Assembly: GCA_019233825.1 (NCBI GenBank)
Contig: JAFAMB010000026.1
Location: 1 to 39,769, forward strand
DNA from: Verrucomicrobiota bacterium
Lineage (GTDB): Bacteria; Verrucomicrobiota; Verrucomicrobiia; Chthoniobacterales; JAFAMB01
Length of the DNA stretch: 39,769 nt
Direction of reading: 5' to 3'
This document shows positions 29,023-39,769 of this stretch, piece by piece. The notes under the pieces were generated by a model. That model was given only the letters and a program-made list of their open reading frames with translations, searched no databases and was not told the DNA's origin. How positions within the stretch are numbered: position 1 is the first letter of the stretch; the number at the start of each line of letters is the position of its first letter. A program made the translations under genes and the position numbers.

Positions 29023-29841
29023 TTATGCAGGAACCAACCTGAAATCCGCGCCCAGGTCGGGTTCTCTTCGCGATTCCGGCGGACGACTCGGCGCCTCAAG
29101 CAATTCGCCCTGTGTCATCTCGACATTCCCGATAGAAAGTTCGCCGAAAAACTCGCCCCCTTTCTCGACCGAGAATCCGCGACCAAACACCGCACCGGTC
29201 AGGCGGCCGGTTTTCTGAATCACTACTTTGCCGGTGGATATGATTCGCGCCGAAATAATTCCCTCGATGTTGACCAATTCTGCCCGGATCGGGCGAACAA
29301 ATTCCGCCTCGCATTTCTTATCGATGTGGACGGTCTTGGCCTCGATGCTGCCGCTGAGCTTGCCCTTCAGCTTAATGTGGACGTCGCCGCTGCAAATCAG
29401 GCTTCCACGCATAGATCCCTGGATTTCAGCCGACTCGCAGATCACTCGGTTGCTGTTCAGGTCGCCTTTGCTGGTAATGATCAGGCTACCCCGCGTCCGA
29501 ATTGAGCGGCTGTAATTACCGATTATCCGGTAGTCCTGGAGATCTATGTATGCGCCGCACTGTGGACAGATAGTCGATGTCGCGTTGCTGGGAACCTCAC
29601 GCTTTCCGGTGCATTCGAAGCAACGGGCAATAACCGTGCGCTGAACACCGAGAAGTCCTTCCAACTTCTGGAAGACCCCAGGATGTTTCTTTGCCTCCTG
29701 CGGCTCACTCGATTTTCGACCTTTACCCAGCTGAATGTAACCGCTGCATTTTCGGCAGTAGGTAGACTTCGCAAGTTCAGGCTCCAACTGAATGTTACCG
29801 CAATGAGGACATTGTACTTCGATCCGTCCTTTAGCAGCCAC
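29023..29841 (-). CDS. bactofilin-domain protein with two N-terminal zinc ribbons
   Basis: CPHC/CRKC and CFEC/CPQC pairs, then beta-helix windings (IQGSMRGSLICSG, IEGIISARI, SVEKGGEFFG). Confidence 0.82.
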   Translation of the reverse strand: MAAKGRIEVQCPHCGNIQLEPELAKSTYCRKCSGYIQLGKGRKSSEPQEAKKHPGVFQKLEGLLGVQRTVIARCFECTGKREVPSNATSTICPQCGAYIDLQDYRIIGNYSRSIRTRGSLIITSKGDLNSNRVICESAEIQGSMRGSLICSGDVHIKLKGKLSGSIEAKTVHIDKKCEAEFVRPIRAELVNIEGIISARIISTGKVVIQKTGRLTGAVFGRGFSVEKGGEFFGELSIGNVEMTQGELLEAPSRPPESRREPDLGADFRLVPA

Positions 29842-29851
29842 TCAGAACTCC

Positions 29852-30376
29852 TTAACGTGGAGCACCAACTTTTTGCGGCTCTTCCTTATGCGGGATACCT
29901 AAATCTTTGACGATATTCTTATTCGGCGTCACCTCGGACTTGCCGACGAACGTAGCACCCTCCTCGATCACCAGACGAGCCGCCTTCAAGTCTCCGATCA
30001 ATTGCGAGCGCGAATGCAGCTCGCACCGTTCTTGTACCGTGATGTTGCCGTGTACTTTGCCTTTTACAATCACGGTCTTGCTCTTCACTTCACCGCGAAC
30101 ATCTGCATTCTCGCCAACTGTCAGCACCCCGTCGACGGATGAAATCTCACCTTCAATATTTCCGTCAAAGACGAATTCATTTGCAAACTTAATCGAGCCT
30201 TTAATTTCGACGTCCTTCGAGAGGTTGTTCTTATTAGGTATATCTGCCATAACAGGTATTGGTTGTGTTACAATTTTCGGTTCAGCAGCCGGCGGAGTTG
30301 GCGAATCCTCCCCTGGTCCAGCGTCTTCCCCAGGTGGCGTTTGTCCTGGCTTTTGGGGGATAAACTTCTTCAGCAC
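29852..30376 (-). CDS. bactofilin (polymer-forming cytoskeletal protein, CcmA family)
   Basis: VEIKGSIKF, FDGNIEGEI, LTVGENADVRGEV, VKGKVHGNI, LVIEEGATFVG; start uncertain (TTG 30412, GTG 30376 or internal ATG). Confidence 0.9.
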   Translation of the reverse strand: MLKKFIPQKPGQTPPGEDAGPGEDSPTPPAAEPKIVTQPIPVMADIPNKNNLSKDVEIKGSIKFANEFVFDGNIEGEISSVDGVLTVGENADVRGEVKSKTVIVKGKVHGNITVQERCELHSRSQLIGDLKAARLVIEEGATFVGKSEVTPNKNIVKDLGIPHKEEPQKVGAPR

Positions 30377-30430
30377 GCCCGCAACTATGACGGGGGCCAA
30401 AAGCAGTGTCAACGACTTCTATCGTTCTTG

Positions 30431-30544
30431 TTTCGGGTTTCTGGTTTTTGGCATTTTACATGCGCGCCCTTTTATTTTTCTGATTCCGTGGTTGCTGCCG
30501 TTTGCACCCGGTGCAGCGAGAAACCAGAAACCGGAACCCTGAAG
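30431..30544. repeat. short inverted heptamer arrays flanking a 65-bp core
   Basis: TTTCGGG TTTCTGG TTTTTGG (30431-30451) versus CGAGAAA CCAGAAA CCGGAAC CCTGAAG (30517-30544). Confidence 0.6.
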
Positions 30545-30551
30545 CGGGCAG

Positions 30552-31943
30552 TCACGCTAATGCTTCGGCCGGATAGGTCCAGATTTCACTTAACGTCGGA
30601 TGATAGTGGGGAATTGAGGCCAGCGTAGCTGCAGTTGCATGGAAATGCATTGCGACGACAATTTCATGGATCAGCTCCGAAGCTTCCGGACCGACCACTG
30701 CACCGCCGATGATCTCGCCGCTCTTGGCATCGGTGATCAGTTTGACAAAACCTTCGGTCTCACCCCGAATAATGGACTTTCCGTGATCGTTAAAAGGGTA
30801 TTTTGCGACCCGAACTTCCAACCTTTGTTCCGCAGCTTCGCGCTCACTGATGCCCGCCACGGCGACCTGAGGCTCCGGGAACATAGCAAACATCTTGAGA
30901 CGATAATCGATCTTAGCCAGATCTTTGCATTCCAGTAACCGCCCGGCATTCCTGGCAGCCAACTCAGCTTGTTGAATCGCGATGTGCACGATTTCGTAGA
31001 GACCGATCACGTCGCCGGCGGCAAAGATATGGGATTGCGACGTCTGGAGGCTGGCGTTGACGACCACCGCGCTTTGTTTGTTTGTCTCGACCCCGGCTTT
31101 TTCCAGACCAAGTCCCTGTACGGCGGGCTTACGGCCAAGTGCATAGAAGATTTCGTCTCCATCAGCAACTTGTTCTTCGCCATCCTGTTCGTACCGGACA
31201 CGCTTACCAGTCGCGGTTCGTTCAACGCGCACCAGCTTAGTCCCGCAGATGACCTTGATTCCACGCTTCCGGAACGCCGAGACCAATGCTTCCGCGACAT
31301 CTGGATCTGCTTCCTTGATGACCTGCTTGCTCCTTTGCAAGATGGTGACCTCTAAACCGAGTGCGTTATAAAAATGAGCGAACTCGAGCGCTATCGCTCC
31401 GCCGCCTAAAATCACCACCGAACGTGGAAAATGATCGGTGTCCAGCGCCGTATCACTATCAAGAAACCCGACCTCGGAAAGCCCTGGCAGCTTTACTACA
31501 TTGACAACCGACCCGGTCGAAATCAAAAATGTCTTCCCTGCGATCTCTTCTTGGCCCCCGACCCTTAGTTGCACTTGCACGTGGTAGGGATCTCTGAATT
31601 CGGCGCGACCCCGCATAAACTCAAACTCTCCGCCGGTCAATTGGCACACTCTGTAATCGGCGAATCCGCCGATTAAATCTCGCTTCCGCTGAATAATGGC
31701 CTTCGAATCGAACGCGCTGTGTCCGGCGCTTAACCCAAACTCCGCCGCTCGCCGCAGCGTCAGAAAACGATTTGCAGATTCGATTAGCGTTTTGCTTGGC
31801 ATACAACCGCGCAGTATGCAAAGCCCTCCAACCTGATCTCCGCCTTCGATACAAACCGTTTTCAACCCTAACCGCGCCGCCGTAGTCGCCGCAAAATAGC
31901 CGGCACTGCCTCCACCGATCACCACAAAGTCATAGCTTGCCAT
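30552..31943 (-). CDS. class I pyridine nucleotide-disulfide oxidoreductase (dihydrolipoamide dehydrogenase/MerA-like family)
   Basis: GGGSAG, GGLCILRGCMPSK redox disulfide, GGGAIALE, FAAGDV, HYHPTLSE; no MerA C-terminal Cys pair. Confidence 0.9.
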   Translation of the reverse strand: MASYDFVVIGGGSAGYFAATTAARLGLKTVCIEGGDQVGGLCILRGCMPSKTLIESANRFLTLRRAAEFGLSAGHSAFDSKAIIQRKRDLIGGFADYRVCQLTGGEFEFMRGRAEFRDPYHVQVQLRVGGQEEIAGKTFLISTGSVVNVVKLPGLSEVGFLDSDTALDTDHFPRSVVILGGGAIALEFAHFYNALGLEVTILQRSKQVIKEADPDVAEALVSAFRKRGIKVICGTKLVRVERTATGKRVRYEQDGEEQVADGDEIFYALGRKPAVQGLGLEKAGVETNKQSAVVVNASLQTSQSHIFAAGDVIGLYEIVHIAIQQAELAARNAGRLLECKDLAKIDYRLKMFAMFPEPQVAVAGISEREAAEQRLEVRVAKYPFNDHGKSIIRGETEGFVKLITDAKSGEIIGGAVVGPEASELIHEIVVAMHFHATAATLASIPHYHPTLSEIWTYPAEALA

Positions 31944-32250
31944 CGCACTGGAAAGTTAGCGTGGGTGACAGTTTTTCCAAGGCCTGCCTGAATTCCGGGA
32001 TCAACTTGACGTCCCACCCACGGATCTTGCCGGGAGCGCGGGCGGACGCCCCATGCACATTCAAGGAGAAGGGAAAAATCCACCAAAACAAGATCCGAAA
32101 AGAAGGCCGAGCAACTGGCCCCGAAGCCCAAAATATTGGATAGTGCAGCAGCAGATCCACAACAAGTTGGGCCCGCTGAATGCTTGCAAATCGTTTCCTC
32201 CAGCCCTACTATTAGCTCTAAACTCTGTAGTCACCAGGTCTCATCCATGA

Positions 32251-34821
<2,571 letters not shown>

Positions 34822-34822
34822 C

Positions 34823-35028
34823 GGGTTTTGAGTTTTGAGTTTTGGGTTTTGAGTTTTGAGTTTTGGGTCTTCCGGATTCCAAGTTAAGTGCAGCGGTAAG
34901 CCGCTTTGCTTACGGTTTCGAGCAGGTCGTAGCCCATAATGAGCTCGTTGCTCCTCCCAGGAGATGATTTTGCACGCTAGGCCCCAACCCAAAACTCAAA
35001 ACTCAAAACCCAAAACTCAAAACCCAAA
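34823..35028. repeat. cassette bounded by inverted GRGTTTT heptamer tandem arrays
   Basis: 7 units G(G/A)GTTTT at 34823-34871 (last GGGTCTT) and 5 full plus partial units AAAAC(T/C)C at ~34986-35028, around a ~112-bp unique core. Confidence 0.9.
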
Positions 35029-35040
35029 GCCGGCCGCCCG

Positions 35041-37623
35041 ATGCCAATTCATCCAAATGAAAAAGTCGAACCCGTAAACGTCGCGGAAGAGATGTCGAAG
35101 TCGTTTCTCGACTACTCGATGTCGGTCATTATTTCGCGCGCGCTGCCGGACGCTAGAGACGGATTGAAGCCTTCGCAAAGGCGCATTCTCTACGCGATGA
35201 ACGGACTCGGCCTTCTGCCGAATCGGAAACATAGCAAGTGCGCCAAGATCGTGGGCGAAACGATGGGTAACTATCACCCGCATGGTGACATGGCCATCTA
35301 CCCTACCCTTGTGCATATGGCACAACAGTGGGCAATGCGAGAGATCCTCATCGAAGGCCAGGGAAACTTCGGCTCCATGGACGGTGACCCACCGGCATCA
35401 ATGCGTTACACCGAGGCACGACTGACCCCTCTCGGCGCCGTCCTCATGGAGGATATGGAAAGGGATACGGTTGACTTCGTTCCGAACTATGACGATACGA
35501 CGACCGAGCCGACTGTCTTTCCGGCCGCCTTTCCTAATCTGCTGGTCAACGGCGGGACCGGTATTGCCGTCGGCATGGCCACCAACATTCCGCCCCATAA
35601 CCTCAGTGAGGTCGTGGACGGCATTTGCGCGCTGATAGATGATCCAGACCTTGGCACCGATCGATTGTTGGGCCTGATCAAGGGCCCCGATTTTCCGACC
35701 AGATGCACAATTTATGGCACTAGCGGGATCCGGCAATACTTCGAAACCGGCCGGGGTAGCCTGAAGGTCCGCGGCAAAGCCACGATCGAAGAAACAAGGA
35801 ACGGACGCGAACAGATCCTGATCACTGAGATTCCATTCAACGTCAATCGCGCCGAACTGATCAAACGCATTGCAGGGCTCATTCAGGAAAAGGTTATTAC
35901 CGATATCAGCGATGTACGAGATCTCTCCGACGAAAATACGCGCATCGAGTTGGAACTGAAGCGGGACGCCAACGCGAAGGTCGTTCTGAACAATCTCTAT
36001 ATGCACACCGCAATGGAGAGCTCGTTTGCCGTAAACATGCTCGCCATCGACCATGGCCGGCCTAAGCTGCTGTCACTCAAAGAAGCGCTCCTTTGCTATA
36101 TTGAACATCGGCGGGATGTCGTTCTGCGCCGTACCCGATATCTCCTCCGCCAGGCCGAGGCCAGAGCCGAAACGCTCGAAGGCTATCTGATCGCTCTAGC
36201 CAACCTTGACGATTTTATCGAAATCATTCGCGGCTCCGCCAATCGTGAAGAAGCAAAGATCAAACTTCTCGCCTATGAATTTGGTCGCGAGACGGTCGAG
36301 CATATCGGCGTTCGGATCCGAAGCGAAACCAGGTTGATCGACGGACGGTATATTTTCAGCGAACATCAGGCGGAGCAGATCCTGGAATTGCGCCTCTACC
36401 AACTGACCGGCCTCGAACGCGAGAAAATCATCAGCGAGTACACCGAGATCATCCGAAAAATTGATGATCTGCTTGACATTTTGAGACGTGCAGACCGGGT
36501 GATGTCCATCATCAAGGAAGAACTCTGGCGAATAAAGGATAAATACGGATCCGAACGACTCACCGAGATTCTCCCTGACCAGGGCGAAATAGACATCGAG
36601 GATCTCATAGCCAAAGAGGGGTGCATTATTACTATTACCCACGGGGGCTACCTCAAACGGACTGCCGAGAGTGAATTCCGGGCCCAGCGGCGCGGCGGAC
36701 GCGGTGTAATCGGGATGAGCACTCACGAAGCCCAGATGGCGGGAGATCAGGGAGATTTCGTTGAACACCTGTTCACGGCCAGTACCCATGATTCTCTGAT
36801 GTTCTTCACGCAGACGGGCCGGTGCTACGTGGAAAAAGTCTATGAGATCCCCGAAATGAGTCGTGCTTCCAAGGGCCGCTCCATTGCGAATCTGCTGGAG
36901 CTGCGGCCCGAAGAAAAGATTGCTGCCACGCTCCGAATCGAAGCTATGGACCAAAATGGTGATTCAGAAGGTGTTGGCGGCACCTGGAATTCGGCCCTGC
37001 ATATCATGTTTGCAACGCGGTCCGGTATCGTCAAAAAGACGAACTTGGCCGACTTCAGCAATGTCCGCAAGGGCGGGATCATCGCGATTCAGATTGAGCC
37101 AGGGGATGAACTAATCGACGCACTTCTTACTAATGGGTCGGATGAAGTGGTGCTGATTACACGGCGTGGCATCAGTATCCGATTTCACGAAGCCGAGGCC
37201 CGGGATATGGGACGGAATGCGGTCGGGGTCTGGGGTATTCGGCCGGAAGATGGGGATGAAGTCGTCGCAATTGCCAAGGTCATTCCGGACGCTCAACTGC
37301 TCGTGGCTGGCTCAAACGGCATTGGGAAACGCACGGGCTTCGAAGAATATCGGGTCCAATCTCGTGGCGGGAAGGGCATCATCACGATGAAGACCGGCGA
37401 GCGTACGGGCAACGTCGTCGGTGCATTAACTGTCCGTGATTCCGACCAGTTAATGTTGATCACTACGGGCGGCCAAATGGTCCGAATCCGAGTCAGCGAA
37501 GTGCGCGAAGCCGGCCGGAATACCATGGGTGTGAAGCTCATGGACCTTCGAGAAGGCGAAACTCTCCAGGACATCGCACCGGTTGTCTCCCAAGAGGACA
37601 TTGAGCAGAGCGCGGATACGTGA
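35041..37623 (+). CDS. gyrA: DNA gyrase subunit A
   Basis: RDGLKP, YHPHGD, SMRYTE (catalytic Tyr), GyrA-box QRRGGRG, beta-pinwheel repeats. Confidence 0.98.
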   Translation: MPIHPNEKVEPVNVAEEMSKSFLDYSMSVIISRALPDARDGLKPSQRRILYAMNGLGLLPNRKHSKCAKIVGETMGNYHPHGDMAIYPTLVHMAQQWAMREILIEGQGNFGSMDGDPPASMRYTEARLTPLGAVLMEDMERDTVDFVPNYDDTTTEPTVFPAAFPNLLVNGGTGIAVGMATNIPPHNLSEVVDGICALIDDPDLGTDRLLGLIKGPDFPTRCTIYGTSGIRQYFETGRGSLKVRGKATIEETRNGREQILITEIPFNVNRAELIKRIAGLIQEKVITDISDVRDLSDENTRIELELKRDANAKVVLNNLYMHTAMESSFAVNMLAIDHGRPKLLSLKEALLCYIEHRRDVVLRRTRYLLRQAEARAETLEGYLIALANLDDFIEIIRGSANREEAKIKLLAYEFGRETVEHIGVRIRSETRLIDGRYIFSEHQAEQILELRLYQLTGLEREKIISEYTEIIRKIDDLLDILRRADRVMSIIKEELWRIKDKYGSERLTEILPDQGEIDIEDLIAKEGCIITITHGGYLKRTAESEFRAQRRGGRGVIGMSTHEAQMAGDQGDFVEHLFTASTHDSLMFFTQTGRCYVEKVYEIPEMSRASKGRSIANLLELRPEEKIAATLRIEAMDQNGDSEGVGGTWNSALHIMFATRSGIVKKTNLADFSNVRKGGIIAIQIEPGDELIDALLTNGSDEVVLITRRGISIRFHEAEARDMGRNAVGVWGIRPEDGDEVVAIAKVIPDAQLLVAGSNGIGKRTGFEEYRVQSRGGKGIITMKTGERTGNVVGALTVRDSDQLMLITTGGQMVRIRVSEVREAGRNTMGVKLMDLREGETLQDIAPVVSQEDIEQSADT

Positions 37624-37899
37624 GCGCCGCTCGTTCCCGACTCCGCCCCTGTCCCGCGTCTGCGGAACGACGGCGGCCGTCGTAGCAGCCACCGTGGAAC
37701 AGCTTCAGGATCCCTGAGCCTGGAGCGGAGATAGAGATACATCCGGATTTAGGTTATTGAACGATCTGTAAAGAAGTCATCGAAAACGTTACCAGAGCCG
37801 AGATCAGCGTTGAGGAGGGCACTGCGAAGACAGAGCATGCACGGCAATTTTAAAGAAACTCGACCTTCAACTGATGGCAGAGCTGGTTTCCCAAAAACG

Positions 37900-38109
37900 G
37901 TGAATTTCCGCTTCCGAAAGCGCATCCGCATATCCCCCAGCCTCTGGACGGACCTCGCCAAGCGCGGCGGCTCGCTCAGGATCGGAGACGAGAAGCGGAA
38001 CACCAGCAGCCCGGCTCGCGCACCGCACGGCGCCATCAAACCCTTGCATGTCGTGTCGGTGATCATAATTTCTCTCCTGATTATCTGGGCGCTGTCGAGC
38101 GCGCACTAA
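37900..38109 (+). CDS. small DUF4236-like protein with C-terminal TM helix
   Basis: GTG start; NFRFRKRIRISPSLWTDLAKRGGSLRIG resembles the DUF4236 N-terminus; ends VVSVIIISLLIIWAL. Confidence 0.55.
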   Translation: MNFRFRKRIRISPSLWTDLAKRGGSLRIGDEKRNTSSPARAPHGAIKPLHVVSVIIISLLIIWALSSAH

Positions 38110-38412
38110 GAACTCTTTTGCTTCAGAAAGGTTCTCCTGAGGTGCGCCCGCTCGAGACGGTACGCAACCATGCTGCCAAAACTGCGCCGCGTGAAAGGTT
38201 CGCAAAGGGAACACATCCAGGGCGCTGACCTTGCGCGAACTATAGGCAGAGTAAAACTATGGGGGCCGGTGTGCTGAGCGTGCGAGGTCCGCAGGCTGGC
38301 CGTGTTTGAATGGATGCAGGCGACCCAAGACCAAATCATCACCGCGTTAGGCACGACAGTGAATCAGAAGGACGTGTACAAAGTTTTAAGGCGATGGACT
38401 CCCTTGGAAGAA

Positions 38413-38964
38413 ATGAAAAAATCAATGATCGCCCTGGTTGGCCTCATCTCGATAGGTAGCGGAATTTTTCAGCAAAGCAGGGCCGGCACTTTAAATGGCG
38501 TTTTGATCAGTGGCAGCATGTACTTTGACGGAGGACATACAATCAGTGGCGACCAAAGCGTCATCGTCATGAGCTTAGGTACCGACCCGGAATCGCCCTG
38601 CGAGTTTCATTTTCCCGGTGACGACAGGTCCTACTGGACCTTGAGCAAATACATCACCGCGCCCACTCCGACCCCCGCGCCGACTCCCAGCACGAATTCT
38701 ACGCCAGCTCCGGCAGCGGCTGCTCCAACACCTCAACCGGTGCAGGAGCAGTACAACGACCACGCTGTCGTCGCGCAGCCTACGCCGCCGCTAAAGCGCC
38801 GGCACGCGATCAAGGAAGGCGAGCCCGATGAGGATGGCAAGATCTGGCACCGCGATGCCGAGGGGCACCTCAAATGGCTACCGGCTAACAAAGCACGCCG
38901 GGATGAGAAAGTGCCTCTCGGCGAATCGTCTGGCGCATCCGTACCCACAAATGACGGCAATTAA
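38413..38964 (+). CDS. secreted hypothetical protein with Pro/Thr-rich linker
   Basis: MKKSMIALVGLISIG...SRA signal-like N-terminus; PTPTPAPTP linker. Confidence 0.6.
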   Translation: MKKSMIALVGLISIGSGIFQQSRAGTLNGVLISGSMYFDGGHTISGDQSVIVMSLGTDPESPCEFHFPGDDRSYWTLSKYITAPTPTPAPTPSTNSTPAPAAAAPTPQPVQEQYNDHAVVAQPTPPLKRRHAIKEGEPDEDGKIWHRDAEGHLKWLPANKARRDEKVPLGESSGASVPTNDGN

Positions 38965-39099
38965 TGATTTCGCAATCGGCTCATTGGGATCGGCTATGGC
39001 CTGAACCGCAATCGATTTGTTCCGCAGCTGAGCCACTGTTGTAATCCCTGACTCCTTTGTTACGATGATCTTCTGCACGTTGAACAGTTCCGCTCTCAT
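38965..39099 (-). pseudogene. probable remnant of an ABC substrate-binding protein (PhnD/SsuA-like)
   Basis: IIVTKESGITTVAQLRNKSIAV matches the typical IxVxKDSxIxxxxDLxGKxIA motif; ORF far too short for the family. Confidence 0.45.
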
Positions 39100-39375
39100 G
39101 GAGGCACTCGTAGATGGCTACTAACTCTCTGACAAATGAATTTTAATTAGCGATGTCTTCGAAGTTAACTCCGTCGTTTACCAACAATTCTTCCTACAAC
39201 ATCCCAATTTAAACAGGCAACTGATAACTGTGCCCTAATCATATTATTCGCGTCTGCGCAATGCTGGGCTTCTGCCTAGCGTCGCCCAATATCCACGCCG
39301 TCCACTCCTTTAGTTTGCAGTGGGCTGGAATCCGGAAGACGCGACAGCATCGGCGCGGTCGATTTGCCTTAAAAT

Positions 39376-39741
39376 TTAGTGACCGACACCGCCAGACTCC
39401 CCCCTCTCAAGATGGTCAACCATCCGTTGGACAACCTCCAGATAATTCTTCTTGAAGGCACGGACAGCCTCGTCAACTTTGCCCTTCCGATAATATTCTA
39501 TGAGCACCTCTCGTTGTCGGGGCCTTGTCGCCGGATCTGGGAAGAGCTTGAGGGATAACGGGTAATAGCGAGTGGTTCGGTCGTCCAGTCGCTCGAAATT
39601 TCCCACCGTAACTACTCGTTTCACTACTAGTCGATCCGTATTGCGGCGGAGTTTCTGCCGGCGCGCCGACTTGCCAATCCCGCTTTCCTTTCTTAATATC
39701 GCGGCCGCGCCAAATTCCCGGATCAACGATTCCACCAGCAT
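39376..39741 (-). pseudogene. possible C-terminal (FCD-like) remnant of a GntR-family regulator
   Basis: helical C-terminal ~70 aa (ERLDDRTTRYY...LIEYYRKGKVDEAVRAFKKNYLEVVQRMVDHL) is FCD-like; upstream part looks unrelated and an in-frame TGA precedes the ORF. Confidence 0.35.
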
Positions 39742-39769
39742 GAAGCACCGTGGCCAAAAATACGATCAC

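Noticed and set aside
30452-30518. Shared GTGCAGCG and TTTGCAC words between the two heptamer-cassette cores
   Set aside because: Short words in different order; plausible by chance
30552-31943. Mercuric reductase merA
   Set aside because: No C-terminal Cys-Cys pair, no NmerA domain and no mer operon; it has the HPTxxE motif instead
31930-32160. 76-aa ORF overlapping the oxidoreductase start
   Set aside because: No recognisable motif; lies in the divergent promoter region of gyrB
34823-34871. G-quadruplex or true telomere
   Set aside because: Only three GGG runs, widely spaced, and the array is internal to a bacterial operon

Overview
Bacterial chromosomal core region, most likely Verrucomicrobiota/PVC (inferred from ribosomal operon gene content, protein styles and bactofilin genes). 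Left: housekeeping genes (ROK kinase, coaX, hemB, MFS transporter, U32/RlhA-like protein, polysaccharide deacetylase, metallophosphoesterase). Centre (minus strand): fused str-S10-spc-alpha ribosomal protein superoperon from rpsL to rpsD, lacking tuf, rpsN, rpmD, adk, rpoA and rplQ, and including an rpmJ missed by the ORF track. Right: RNase P RNA, phhB, cysK, a TPR protein, two bactofilin genes, a flavoprotein disulfide reductase, gyrB-gyrA and a short decaying accessory tail. No CRISPR, rRNA, tRNA, prophage or transposase was recognised. The most interesting signals are non-coding or repeat-derived. (i) A ~515-nt RNase P RNA carries two long inserted hairpins with near-identical 12-bp termini. 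(ii) A GTAG-type REP has inserted in frame into rpsQ and expanded into a PTEPR peptide array. (iii) Two intergenic cassettes are bounded by inverted heptamer tandem arrays. (iv) A candidate pseudoknot/attenuator lies in the rpsL leader. All structures were read by eye and need computational confirmation.
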